From Camelus dromedarius (lineage: Eukaryota): DNA of 64,000 bases. Shown here one piece after another: positions 15,439-27,216 of this stretch. The notes beneath the pieces were generated by a model. It ran no database searches. It saw only the letters and a list, made by a program, of their open reading frames with translations, and was not told the origin of the DNA. The position numbers were made by a program, and so were the translations under genes. Each line of letters opens with the position of its first letter. Position 1 is the stretch's first letter. The stretch covers positions 55,926,001 to 55,990,000 of the forward strand of contig NC_087436.1 of the NCBI RefSeq assembly GCF_036321535.1. The letters are read 5' to 3'.

Positions 15439-16048
15439 AGTCACCTATTGATGGACATTTTGGTTGCTTCATGTCTTGGCTACTGTAAATAATGCTTCTG
15501 TGAACACTGAGGTGTGTGTGTCTTTTCATATTGGAGTTTAAGCTGAATATTTGCCTAGGAGTGGGATTGCTGAATCACATGGTGAAGACTATTTTTAGTT
15601 TTTAAGGAATCTCCATACTGTTTTCCATAGTGTTTGCACCAAACTGTATTCCCATCAGTAGTGTAGAGGGGTTCACTTTTCTTCATACCCTCTCCAGCAT
15701 TTTATTTATGTGGGCTTTTTAATGATAGCCATTCTAGCTGGTATGAGGTGATAAATCCCTGTAGTTTTGATTTGCATTTTCTGATAATTAGCCATATTGA
15801 GTGCCTCTTCATGTGACTGTTGGCCATCTGTATGTCTTCATTGAGAAATTTCCATTTAGGTCTTCTGCCCATTTTTTGATTGGGTAATTTGTTTTTTTGT
15901 TGCAGGGTTGTATGAGCTGTTTATATATTCTGGAAGTTAAACCCTTGTCAGTTGCATCATTCACAAGTATATTTTACCAGTCCGTAGGTTGTCTTTTCAT
16001 TTTGTTTATGGTTTCCTTTACTGTGCAAAAGCTTTTTAGTTTAATTAG
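14917..16048 (-). mobile_element. 5'-truncated L1 LINE (ORF2 C-terminus plus 3' UTR)
   Basis: KQPKCPS..DWI...TMEYYSAIKKNEIMPFAA matches the L1 ORF2 end. Artiodactyl-type 3' UTR and poly-T on the + strand. A (TA)n expansion lies inside at about 15370-15437. Confidence 0.9.
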
Positions 16049-17099
16049 AGCTGTGCTTATTTTGGTTCCTACATGCTGTCTATAATGTTCCAGGTCATCA
16101 TATATGTAAGTAGATTATAGGGGAAGTAAAGTACAGAACCACTCCTTTTTGTTTTTTTCTTTTTCAAATGTTATCCCATCCTTTCTCCTGTGAGGCAATA
16201 AATAAACAAGCTAAAGCTCTATGGTCTTTCATCAAATAATGTCCTCATTCTTCATAGCAACCCCTAAGAATCCAATGCTGAATTTGAAACTTGGTGTTTT
16301 CTCTAGGAAGTCTCTTTTTCTGTGTCGCTAGTTGGCATTTAAAAAACTCAAACTCCTATGAACTGCAATGTTAAAGTGCTTTCCTACAAAACATAAAATG
16401 CCAAAGTGATACTTACAGAACTGTAAATATATTCCTCATTGAATTTAGAACTGTTATGTGAAAGGGCTAGAAGTCACTCCTTAGTAATGTTGACAAAAAT
16501 TAGAACAAAGTCAAATAAGCAAATTTTTAGTCACAGCTCAGACTTGCCACTGCAAATGTCTTTGTTACAAAAAATCCAATAAGAAACAGGTGTGTTGTGG
16601 CAAGACCTAAGGAACCATTCTTGTTTCAATACATGGAAACTCGGCTGTGAGATTAAATTTTACTAGAATTTTGTCAACTGAAAATGTTCATAGAATTCAA
16701 AACACCAATGGTTACTAGGCCTTTCTGGATCTCCCTATCTGTAAAATTAAATTAATGGTGTTACATGTCGGTCTTGAGAAGATACTGTGCTTGCTGCATT
16801 GGAGTCCTCATTAAATGTTGGTTCTCTTCTCCATCACAGTTTAATAGATGAGATAAGACATATCCACACAAAACAAAATAGGTAAATTATACTATATTTC
16901 ATAAAAGATATATAAATTCCTATTAGAAAGGAGGTAATATTATCAGATATTTATTTGGGTAAGGTAGATAATGAAGAAAGGTGGAGAGAGTGAGAGAATA
17001 GAATTAGAAAACCATGTGACACATTTTTAAAAGAATAATGTATGCTTAAAAAGTGGAAATACTCTAGTTTGCCAGCAGAGTGATCTACTTCTAAAAAGA

Positions 17100-17850
17100 G
17101 CTTGTGGAAGAGAAGATGCTTTGAATCAAATTATAAATGGTCTTGACAGTGTAAAAGAGTCCTCTTAAAATATTGATCTAAAGTTGGTTGGTAAAGGACC
17201 CTGTAGTGTTAATAGGTTGCTTTTGTTCTTTTGTTTTCATTTAAAAGATTAGAGATGGGCTTTAGGATAAATTCATCTGGAAGTTATACATTGATTGGAT
17301 CAAAAGAAGAGTAGCTAATAGATGAGGGAGATCAGTCAAGAGCTACTGAGGATAGCCCAGATAATGATGTTATGAGACAGATTAGATGCATAAGAACTAG
17401 AAAGTGGAGGAGAAACACAGCAGTGTAGCTGTAAAGGAGGGCTCACAAGTGGCTGAGTGTTAGTCTCAAAGAAGAACAAGTCAAAGAAGTTTCTTAGGTT
17501 TCATACTCCAGTGATTAAGAGAATACCAATATCCTAGCCAGAAGTAGTTTTGTGAGCAAAGATGAGTTTAGGTTCTGACATAATGAATTTGAAGTGTGAA
17601 GACATCAAGGTGGTTCTATTCGGCAAGTAGTTGAAAATAAGAATCTGAAATACAAGAGGGCCTTCAAGTCTGGAGATGTAAATTTAAGAACAATAAAGGA
17701 GAATGCTAAAGACATAGGTTTAGATGAGATAATGAGATAAGGAGACAGGTGAGGATAAATGGGAGTAGAGGAGTGTCTATAGTTAACAGGTAAAAGAAAA
17801 ACTATTAGAAGAGCTGTAATGAAAGAGTTCATTAGAGTAGGAAGAAAACT
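17100..17850 (-). mobile_element. L2 LINE remnant
   Basis: AGTCAAAGA...TAGGTTTC...GATGAGTTTAGGTT..GACAT..TGAATTTGAAGTG..AGACATC, a purine-rich L2 pattern. Confidence 0.6.
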
Positions 17851-18879
17851 AGGATATAATATAGTACTATGAGATAACATTCCACAGCATTTAAGAAATT
17901 AGACAAGAGTTCCAGTTCTAGCTCTATTGCCTTATTTGAATAATAGGGACAATAATGGTACACACCCATGAATTTGGGCGGGATTAAATCCAGTAACTCA
18001 AGACAAACATTTAGTAACATGCTTAGTACAGAGTTAATATTCAATACATTTTAGAAATAAAACAATAATGAAATTTCTGAGTATTTTTATCAAAAAATAA
18101 AAATGTGAAACTGATATGATAAGTATTGTTAGTGTCCCCATTTTACAGATGTGGAAAAGAAGTCAACAATGCACAAAGATTGATAAAATATAGCTCCAGG
18201 CTCTAATCTGGATCTGTATGATTCTAAAATCTTCTTACCTACTAGAAATTGTTCTTCAGTGAAGCAGTTTGCACTCAAATGCCTTGGAAAATGTTTCTTA
18301 ATTTTAAATCTACTCAGATTGTATATCCCAACTTGCTTCCTGAAACTTCCATTTGTGTTTACACAAACTGAGTTTTGCTCAGAAGTCTGGAAACCTCAGC
18401 TCAAAATAGCATTTATAGTTAAACATAAACACACTCGGCCTCTAGTACCTACATGTATTGCCTCTAAAAAGTTGCCTAGACAGCTTAAATTTGTTTCCTA
18501 GTACTGTTCGAGGGTTTACAGGAAGCACTCGAAATTGTGTTGCTTCCAATTTGTGAAACATTTATATTGAAGGCTTCCATTTTGAGATTAAATTGGGAAA
18601 TGAATTAACTAAACTAATACCATTAGCTCTCCTTTGATTAGACACCTGCTTTGCTGAGATATAAAAATATTCTCAGCAAAGGCTAGTACATCAACCACCC
18701 AAAAGAATGAAACTTTTTTATGTTGCCTATTGACCAGATAAGCCAACATAGGCCAGACCAGAAAATCTAAGATAAATATATATAAATCTACACACATCCA
18801 TATGTATACATCTATAAGTTGATTAAATTTCTACCCTTAAATTCTCTCAAAAGAAAAATGTTTTTCAAAATTTGATAAA

Positions 18880-19790
18880 TACCAGCCAGTATACTCTTTA
18901 TAAGAGGCACACCTAAATCATAAGTAAAAGTGTAGAAAAAGACATACATGCAAACAATAGTCAGAAAAAAGTTGATGTAACTCTATTAATATCAAATAAA
19001 AGGAGTTTAAAGCAAAAAGTACTTCAAGAGATATTGATCACTATATGAAAATAAAACTTTCAAACCATCAGGAATCTAATCATTCTAAATGTGTATGTCC
19101 TTAATAATGTGACTTCAAAATTGAAAAATCAATCATTATCAGTGGAGATTTTAATACATCTCTCACAGAAGCTGCTAGGTTAAGCAGACTAAAAGAAAAT
19201 CAACAATGAAAATAAATGTTACTTGCATCAACACAGATAAATTTCAGAAGCATAATAATGAGTAAAAAGCAAGTCACACAGAACATAGATTCATGATTGC
19301 ACAGGGCTATAGGCTGTGAGGAGGTATAGGGAGTGACTGCTAATGAGTACAGTGTTTCTTTGGGGAGTGATTAAAATGTTCTAAAATTAGACTCTGTCCG
19401 TGGTTGCACAAGTCTGAATACGCTAAAAACTATTAGACACTTTAAATAGGTGAATTTTGGAATACATGAATTGGATCACAATAAACCAGGGTTTTTTAAT
19501 GTTATGGAAGAATATCCAAAGTATATTATCATTTTAATAAATTTTAAATGTATTATTGATGGTAATAAATATATGCACGAGATAACAATAAGCACAAAAT
19601 CAAAGGCCTGTTGCTTCTCATCTCTGGGGGCAAGCCAGGACAGAGTTTTGGAAACAGGGCACACAGGGACCTGCAACAGTAATGCTCTTTTTCTGGTTGA
19701 CTGCTCTCATAATTTTATTATTGCAGTTTAAACTTTATATATGTTACATTATGTTCTTTCATGTGTGTACTTTATTTCATAATTTTAAAA
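18880..19790 (+). mobile_element. Old L1M (L1MB/L1ME-like) fragments
   Basis: Endonuclease-region-like AT-rich tract, followed by GGGAGTGACTGCTAATGAGTACAG..TTTCTTTGGGG..AAAATGTTCTAAAATTAGA, an L1M 3' end. Confidence 0.65.
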
Positions 19791-21380
19791 TACTGATAAT
19801 ATAATTGGTTTCATATCAATTCTAATCATTATCTGACTACCCTCACAACTAACTGAGTTGGGGACTCAAATATCATTATCCCATTCTATAAATGAGGAAA
19901 TGAACAAAGAAAACCCAGTTTAATGGGTTTCTACAGTCATTGAATGAAGCTATTGAGTTCTTATAGGAGTCAAAACTAACGCCCCATCTTCTGATTTTTG
20001 TGCAGTGCATTTTCCAGTACAACTGACATTCTGCTGTTTTGTTTTTCTTTAATTTTCATCTCTAGAAAAATTCTTTAGAGATAATAAAATAATTACAACA
20101 AAATAACTACCACTCATTGACTCCTTACTATGAGCAAAAAGCTCTACTCTCCTTATGTTACTTAATACTAAACAGCCCTGTGATGCTGGTATGACATCCT
20201 GAATTTACAAGTGAGGAAAAGGAAAAACAGAAATTTTTAGTTACTAAAGGGTATAAAACTGATAATTGGTTAAGAGGTGATTCTGGAAACCAGGCTTGAA
20301 TTGCATTAAAATCAATATTTTTAATCACTGTAATAGATTATCTGCCTAAAATTCAATTCCAAAACCCACACTGCAAGTTCGGGAAGGTGCAAATAAAGTT
20401 AAACAAGCTCTTTGAAAATACATTACACGCAAATAATTGACAGTACATAGTAATAATACAGGAACTAGTATTCTAGAATCTGGAAGTTTTGGTTTGTCTT
20501 CTGTTTACTTGCCCTTAAGTAAATAATTTAGGCCCAAAAGAGAACGCTGACCACATCCGCTCCCTGGCACAGATGAGTATAGTTTCTAACATTTAATTTT
20601 ACATGTCTTTTTTTAACAGATGAACTTTCTGAGCATCATTTATATCGGTATAATCTCCAATGACTGGAATAAACGAACGGCTCAATTTGGGGCTTAAATT
20701 AATTTATTTTAAGTTGTAGTTTAATTACTATCCTCAAAGAAATGTCATGAATTAGAGCCTGAGGTTGGGAGAATCAGCCAGACAGGTGATGGGCTTTCAA
20801 GATTAGATGAAGCCACTGGGTTCAGCAAAACTCTGCTTAAGCTAAGGAATTTGTAAAACACTTATTTTTTTATAATGTGTTTTATTTTGAGCCATACAGG
20901 CTACATCATTCTACGGTATAGGTGATTTGGACAGAATATTTGGCTTCTCCCTAGGGTTTACTACTATCAATGAGAGAATGTGTTACCTGTCACTTCTAAG
21001 AGAGGGTAAGTACTATTACCATCATTGCATGTCTGAATATCAAGTTCAAACTTAGGCAAATTTTACTTGAATATTTGGGATTTAAGAGCATTTCCAATCA
21101 TTGCTTTAAACGAAGTTGTGAAGTGCACCAAAGGAATTACAACGTATCAGTGATTTTCAACTGTATTTGGGGATATTGAAAAAGGGGAAAATTGTGTTTT
21201 CAAATGACCCATGATCCATATTCCCTTAAGTTCTCCTGCCTCTATGAGACTGTTCTGTCCACCTTAAGAATAAAGAGATAGATTATGATATGTCACACTT
21301 GCAAATAGTGTTTGTCAACAAAAAGATTGTGAATTTTATCCTTTGGAATTATTTTGTGATGATTTCAAGATGTTTTCAGA

Positions 21381-21531
21381 GGGGAGGATATAGCTCAAGT
21401 GGGAGAGCACATGCCTAGCATGCACAAGGTCCTGGGTTCAATCCCCAGTACCTCCTCTAAAAATAAATAAATAAACCTATTTACCTCCCTCTCAGAAAAA
21501 AAAAAAAAGAGGTAGTATTCACTTAAAAAAA
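21381..21531 (+). mobile_element. tRNA-derived SINE, Vic-1-like (camelid)
   Basis: GGGGAGGATATAGCTCAAGTGGGAGAGC (A box) ... GGGTTCAATCCCCAGTACCTCC (B box), AAAT-repeat tail and polyA. 14-bp TSD AAGATGT(T/C)TTCAGA at 21367-21380 and 21532-21545. Confidence 0.88.
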
Positions 21532-23319
21532 AAGATGTCTTCAGAATCATCAGGCTTATTTAATCATTCTGACATAATCAGATGGTAAAGAAAATATGTG
21601 AATATACAAGAGTTCAAATACTGTTTGTAAATAACAAACTTTAAAGGGAATGTTGATGTATTCTACTTCGGCGGCCTATGATAGTAATAAAGATATTAAA
21701 ATTTCCGTTGAATTGTGTTTCACTAAGTACTACTTTATACAGAAAAAATAATTACCTTGGTAAAATGCCTAGAAAGTATGTGTACATGTTTGCTCTAGAC
21801 TAATATGTATGCTTACTTTTATGTTATTGTTTCTTGATATATTTAACCTATTAGAAATTTTTATTAATTAATACATTTTAATTCTATTTGACTAGACTAG
21901 AATATTAAATGTAGATATATTAAAGGATTAATTATGAATAGGTGATAATTTTGCAACTCAGTGTAGAGTTAGAAAAAGAACAAAATATAAAATTTTGAAA
22001 ACAGAAATTATATTCTTTTAAATATTTTATATAAAATATATTTGTGTAAAGCAATTATAGGACTAGAAGAGTATATGGGCAAGAGACATGACTTTAAGAA
22101 AAACACTTGATAGTCAGTACAGCCATGAAGAAAATCCTTGCCACTTTTAAGAGAATTAAAAACTTCATCATCTTGGAATATTCCAGGTCAAATTCAAGGT
22201 GGGTCATTCTTTGACATTTTAACAGGTGCAAATTAAATCTGGTAATGGGTACATTTTACACAAAGTGATGTCTTCTGCAGTCAGACTACAATAAAGCTCT
22301 TTTTTGAGGGGAAAGAAAAAAAAAAAAAAAGATAAACACATGGGAATGCCTAAGAGAGAATGAAACGACATTGTGATATGATGAGATTTTGGTAATCAAG
22401 CCACACTCTCTGCCAGGACATTTTGTCTGAGGAATGAAGATAAGACTCAATTATACAGAAAAACTCAAGAATTATATTTTGACCACTTTCTTGAATTGGT
22501 TATTTGAGAATCAGGGAACCCTGTTTGCTTATTATAAAAGGCCTCCTGATCTAGGAATAAGGAGAACATATGAATTTTGTATTAATTAGCTTTATCTTCA
22601 GAGGCCACATGACACACCAAGCTTAAGCTGAAGAGGGCAGATCCACTGAGTGGCGGAGGTGAACAACTATGATGTATGTGATAACATCAGTAAATCCAAA
22701 GTTTTCATACTTTTAGGAGTAGACTTTTAACTCTTTTGCATAATGAAAAAGGACATGGGGCTCCCTAATGAATCCTTAAACATATCTGCTCTACTTAAGC
22801 CCAGTACCAAAAGGACTATAATTGTGCTAAAGATGTTCAGAGGCTGTGACTTCCTGGAGCAAAGTGATCTATTGCAATGGAGGCCTTTGAGGAAGTTACA
22901 AATCCTGTTAGATATGTACTGAGTGTATTGCAAAGTGAGTCTTAGAATTGTGAAAACTGCAAATAAGTCATATGCCGCTTTGAAAAATGAGTCAATGAAA
23001 AAGGACTGGAAGACCAGAATAAAGGGACCTTAAAAGACATCTAGCATTGGTTCTGTCAAGGGGATATGAAGAAACAAAGTCCCCTGGGAGAAAGTAAGAA
23101 TCAAAAAAAAGAAGAGTTTGGGAAAGAGAGATTAATGCTTGGGAAAGAAAAGAAAGAAATCACATAAAGATCAGGAAAAGATCAAGAAAGATTATGGGTC
23201 TTAAAACAAAATCTACTTAATAATTGAGTATCTCATTACACTAAAGGTGACCTATAATGTCCTTGGGCCCCAGGCAAGAGCTCTGATCCCATGTTTTATA
23301 GGTCCCCATGTTATCATCT

Positions 23320-23353
23320 GCACACACACACAAACACACACACACACACACAC
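23320..23353. repeat. (CA)n microsatellite
   Basis: Read directly; one interruption. Confidence 0.9.
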
Positions 23354-24034
23354 GGACAGTTGTTTTGTCCCACACATAGGCAACTGTGCATTTGGATATT
23401 ATGCTTAACACTGTCAGAGCATGACCACTGAGATACCACAGAAAATAATTCTCCAGGTCTCTGGCCCTATGACCTCAAAACAGGTCATTGTGTACAAATG
23501 CCATGAGGCTTTCAAGTTGTACTGCTGCAGATGTAAGAGAAAAACACGGTTACTAAGTGGGGAGAATTTGAGTAATGACATTGTTCAAGTAAGAAAAATG
23601 ACAAATTTTCTTGTCAAATCTTTCCTCTCAGATAGCATGAAGAAATAAATTCCTGTGTAAAAAAATACTCACCTCGGTATTGCCAAGCATTCATTTTATT
23701 GTTTTGCTTGGTGTGCCGAATAATGTCTCTGGAGGTACTCTTGAATTGGGTTGATATTTACAACAGTTGCCCATGATGGCTGACAAACATTTAACAACAT
23801 TAGACAATTTATTTATATTACTCTTAAACATGTATGTGCCTAGATCTAAACGTAGCTAGATGGACATTGAATACTAGAATTGACAATTTTTATAAAATAT
23901 TTATTAATATTTCATATTATTTTAAACATAAAAGTTTTAGGTTTACTTAATTTTGATTTTACATTTTTATATTTGCTAATTATAGGTTGTAGTTTTCTTT
24001 TAATTTTAATTTATAATTTGAATACTTTCAAAGA

Positions 24035-24058
24035 ATATATATATATATATATATATAT
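24035..24058. repeat. (TA)n microsatellite
   Basis: Read directly. Confidence 0.9.
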
Positions 24059-24065
24059 TTAATAG

Positions 24066-25129
24066 CATAGTAGTCAGAGTCCAGTCAGGAAAACAGAATA
24101 CTCACCAGTTATTTTCACAGAAAGAATTTAACATAGAAAATATGTTAAATAGATTTTAAAGAACTAAAATGACAAACATATAACAGTAAATAGCACAGAG
24201 ATAGTTACCACTTAAATAAGCCACTACTCCTAGGATTGGAGGAACAAAGAGAAAAGATTGGGTGTTTAGAACCTAGAAGTTTTTGTGGAGTCCTATAGAG
24301 CTAGGACCTAAACCTTTAAAGCTAGTTCCTCAGGGGCTTAATTCCCTGGAATTAAGATATGAGAAGAGTACAGTAGAGGAGCTGGTATCTCTGAAGGGAC
24401 ACAGTGAGGTTTGTCAAAAACCAAATTCTGCATGCTGAATAAAACAAAGCACAAAGATGAGTTTATGTCAAGGCTTTTGACCTGCAATCTAGGAAACTCA
24501 AGTTTAAGGGAGCAATGAATTCCAAGTATCCCACAGACTAAGGGATTTAGGAGATATATTTGGAAGTTATTTGGTTTTTTCAGCTGATTGGTTGCCTAGT
24601 GGTCTTCTTTCTTATTTGGATCAGATTAGCTGATCCAGGGGAATAAGGAAGTCCAGAGACGGCATCAACAGACTTGGCATTTGGGGGCTGGCTGGTCTTC
24701 TGTGCTGCTTTCTGAAAAGAGTTGTAAATTCCTGTAAGTTTAGTTTGTTTCCTTAATATGCCTGTGCTGACCATCTTCATTTTGTCCCTGATGTAAGTGA
24801 CTGTATTTTAGTTTGATTCAATGGGTTGGTTCTGGAATGTGAAGTAAACAATAACAACAGCAGAGGAAACTGAAGCCAACAGCCACTACCAGGGTGCAGA
24901 ACCATTGCCAGGGTGACTCTGACAGCAACAAGAATTAAAATCATAATGGACCTTAGTTCTTCCTCTTGCTTTCCAGTCTTCTCTAGTACCCCTATTGGAA
25001 GAACCTAATGGGGAGCCAGCTAACAGAGAAGAAATTGGCACTGCCAAGTCCTATACTCAGTGTAACAATGTAGTGTAGAGAAAGGTGGTATGAACCATGC
25101 AGGTTACCAAAAATTTAGTAACCTGCATG
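24066..25129 (-). mobile_element. Old ERVL-type LTR adjoining the ERVL remnant, apparently interrupted by a ~410-bp insertion (about 24412-24820)
   Basis: AGTCAGAGTCCAGTCAGGAAAACAGAA...ACCAGTTATTT start resembles ancient ERVL LTRs, and it sits next to the PPT. Boundaries are approximate. Confidence 0.5.
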
Positions 25130-25138
25130 GTTCATACC
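25087..25138. repeat. Perfect 21-bp inverted repeat with 10-nt loop
   Basis: GGTATGAACCATGCAGGTTAC (25087-25107) / GTAACCTGCATGGTTCATACC (25118-25138). Confidence 0.95.
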
Positions 25139-26200
25139 CCTTGATTATTTATATTATCTTCTACATGTATTTGAACTTCCATATAACAAACAGCAACTTT
25201 TTTTTTTTTGGCCTACCAAAATAACATCTCTTCTTTAAACAAAACTCTCACTTTCTCCCCTAAAAGGAGAGACATGTGAACAATCATTGTTACTCAGTAT
25301 ATGTACTATGGTATATTCTGTGACAATCACAATATCCATCTCTGGGAATTATTAATACCTCCTTAAAAATCACTCAGATTTCTATCTGAATATTCTGTAA
25401 CCTAAAGATTAAACTGCAAAATTAAACAATGCCAACCAGCCTTCTAGAAAACAATAAGGTGATACACACACATAAACAGCAAAGGATACTATACTTAGCG
25501 TTTAAATCTCTCATTCCAGTAATTAGCCATGAGAATATAGTTATCCTTCTTTCACTATTCATTTTATGCTACCTTTGTCCCTAGCCAGAACCTTGGCTAT
25601 ATGGGGTTCTTTACCTGGTGAGGTGATCCCAAACTTCATTCCTAAAGAGTATGAAGCCTCAGTGTTTCTACCTCTTTTTTTTCCCCTTGATACACTTTTC
25701 CATTAATTCTTACTATTTGATATGGAAATACTAAAATGTACCTCAGGAAATCCAGAAGGTTTGAGGCATAGTCCGCCATACAACCATTGTAAAGAGGATC
25801 CCAATTTCTTCTTGATTATTACCACATCCATTAGAATGACATCCACTCCGATTTTCTTTGCCTGTTGGTTCAAAGCCATGAAAATTCCAGAATGGCCACA
25901 TAGGAGTCCAGTTCACTGGGCCTCTTTTCATAGCCCCTGGTGGAGGCATCCCTCCTTTAGAAACTAAGAACTCCAAAGCAACATAACTCCAAGTTGCAGG
26001 GAATGGAAGCAAACAAATTCTGTAAGTAGGTTGTAAGATGTAATACTAAGAAGAGCCACTTGCATATTTACCCTTGATTCCAAGACCAGTTCTGGCTACA
26101 GGAGTAAATATGATGAATTAGTCACTCATTCAAGCGCAGACTGAACCATTTTGGCTAGAAGTCCATTATTTCAGGGTATTGCTTTCCAATTGCTGCAATC
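25130..26200 (-). mobile_element. Ancient ERVL internal remnant (integrase C-terminus with dUTPase)
   Basis: LEFLVSKGGMPPPG...PVNW...QEEIGIL resembles ERVL dUTPase (GLEVLVPEGGMLPPG...YQGEIGLLL). GMKFGITSPGKEP..AKVLA resembles the ERVL integrase C-terminus. AAGGGGTA PPT-like sequence at about 25135-25142. Confidence 0.75.
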
Positions 26201-27024
26201 ATGTATTATTGAGAAGTAACAAACATGTGGAATATAATTTTAATTTTTTTGTATTTCTTGTTTAATATACATTTTTGATTAAAAATGTATTCAATTTTGA
26301 ACTCTCTAAGTGAATTACTCTTTATTTTTTAAATCTTTAGTTGTTATGATTGATCTCAAGTCAGGATCATGATAGAAATAAAAGATATAAATGGAACTCA
26401 AAAATAGATGCTGAAAAGAAAAGATTATCTTCAGAGTTGGTCTGCTCAAATTTTTTAAATTCTAATAATAAAAGTGAATAGACTTCTGTCAAATATGACA
26501 TAAAGTCCATCAATGAGACATTACTAAATATTTAATTATGCTATAGTTACTAATCAAAATAATAAAAATAGCATCATAAAATTATGAAAATTTATCATCT
26601 AATTTTCAACTTGAATAAGTCAGCTGAAATCAGGCATATTACATTATTTACTGGATGATGTAATTAATGATCAAAACAATGAAAATAAAAAAAGAATTAC
26701 TCATATCAAATTTACGATTCAGAAACAAGTACAACTCTACTTCCTGCTAGAATATTAAAAATTATATTTGTGAAGTTGGTAAAGTAGGCAGGAGAACAAA
26801 AAATTCTTGATGATTTACTGTGTTTATCAGGTGGTAATTCTGAAAAATAGCAATCACATCATCCTGAGAATGTGGTAATATTTCTAACAAAACATAATCA
26901 TATTCAAATTTATTATCACCATTTTTCTTTCTATTACCCTGGTAGAATATTTTAATTTAACTTTATGCCAAAATTATTTCAAATGGAGAAAGAAACTGTA
27001 GAAATGGTCTTTTTCAGCATCTTT

Positions 27025-27216
27025 TTAAAAAACTGAGATAAGATGTGCATAACATAAAATTTAACATTCTATGTATTTTTAAATTTTATAGCTCAGTGGC
27101 ATTAAATGCATTCATGCTATTGTGCAACCATCATTATCAATCTCCAAAATGTTCTCATCACCCCAACTGAAACTCTGTACCCATTAAACAATAACTCCCT
27201 CTTCCTCTTTCCCTCC
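27025..27216 (-). mobile_element. L1M 3'-end fragment
   Basis: CAGTGGCATTAAATGCATTCA..TTGTGCAACCATCA..CTCATCACCCCAACTGAAACTCTGTACCCATTAAACAATAACTCCC. Confidence 0.75.

Noticed and set aside
21381..21455. tRNA-like sequence with A and B boxes
   Set aside because: It is the head of a SINE with tail, polyA and TSD, not a tRNA gene.
21509..21517. GAGGTAGTA, matching part of the let-7 5' end
   Set aside because: Only 9 nt, with no let-7 precursor context; a chance match.
23691..23774. 27-aa MGNCC... micro-ORF with Kozak context (myristoylation/palmitoylation-like start)
   Set aside because: Too short to support on its own, and it overlaps the candidate pseudo-exon in another frame.
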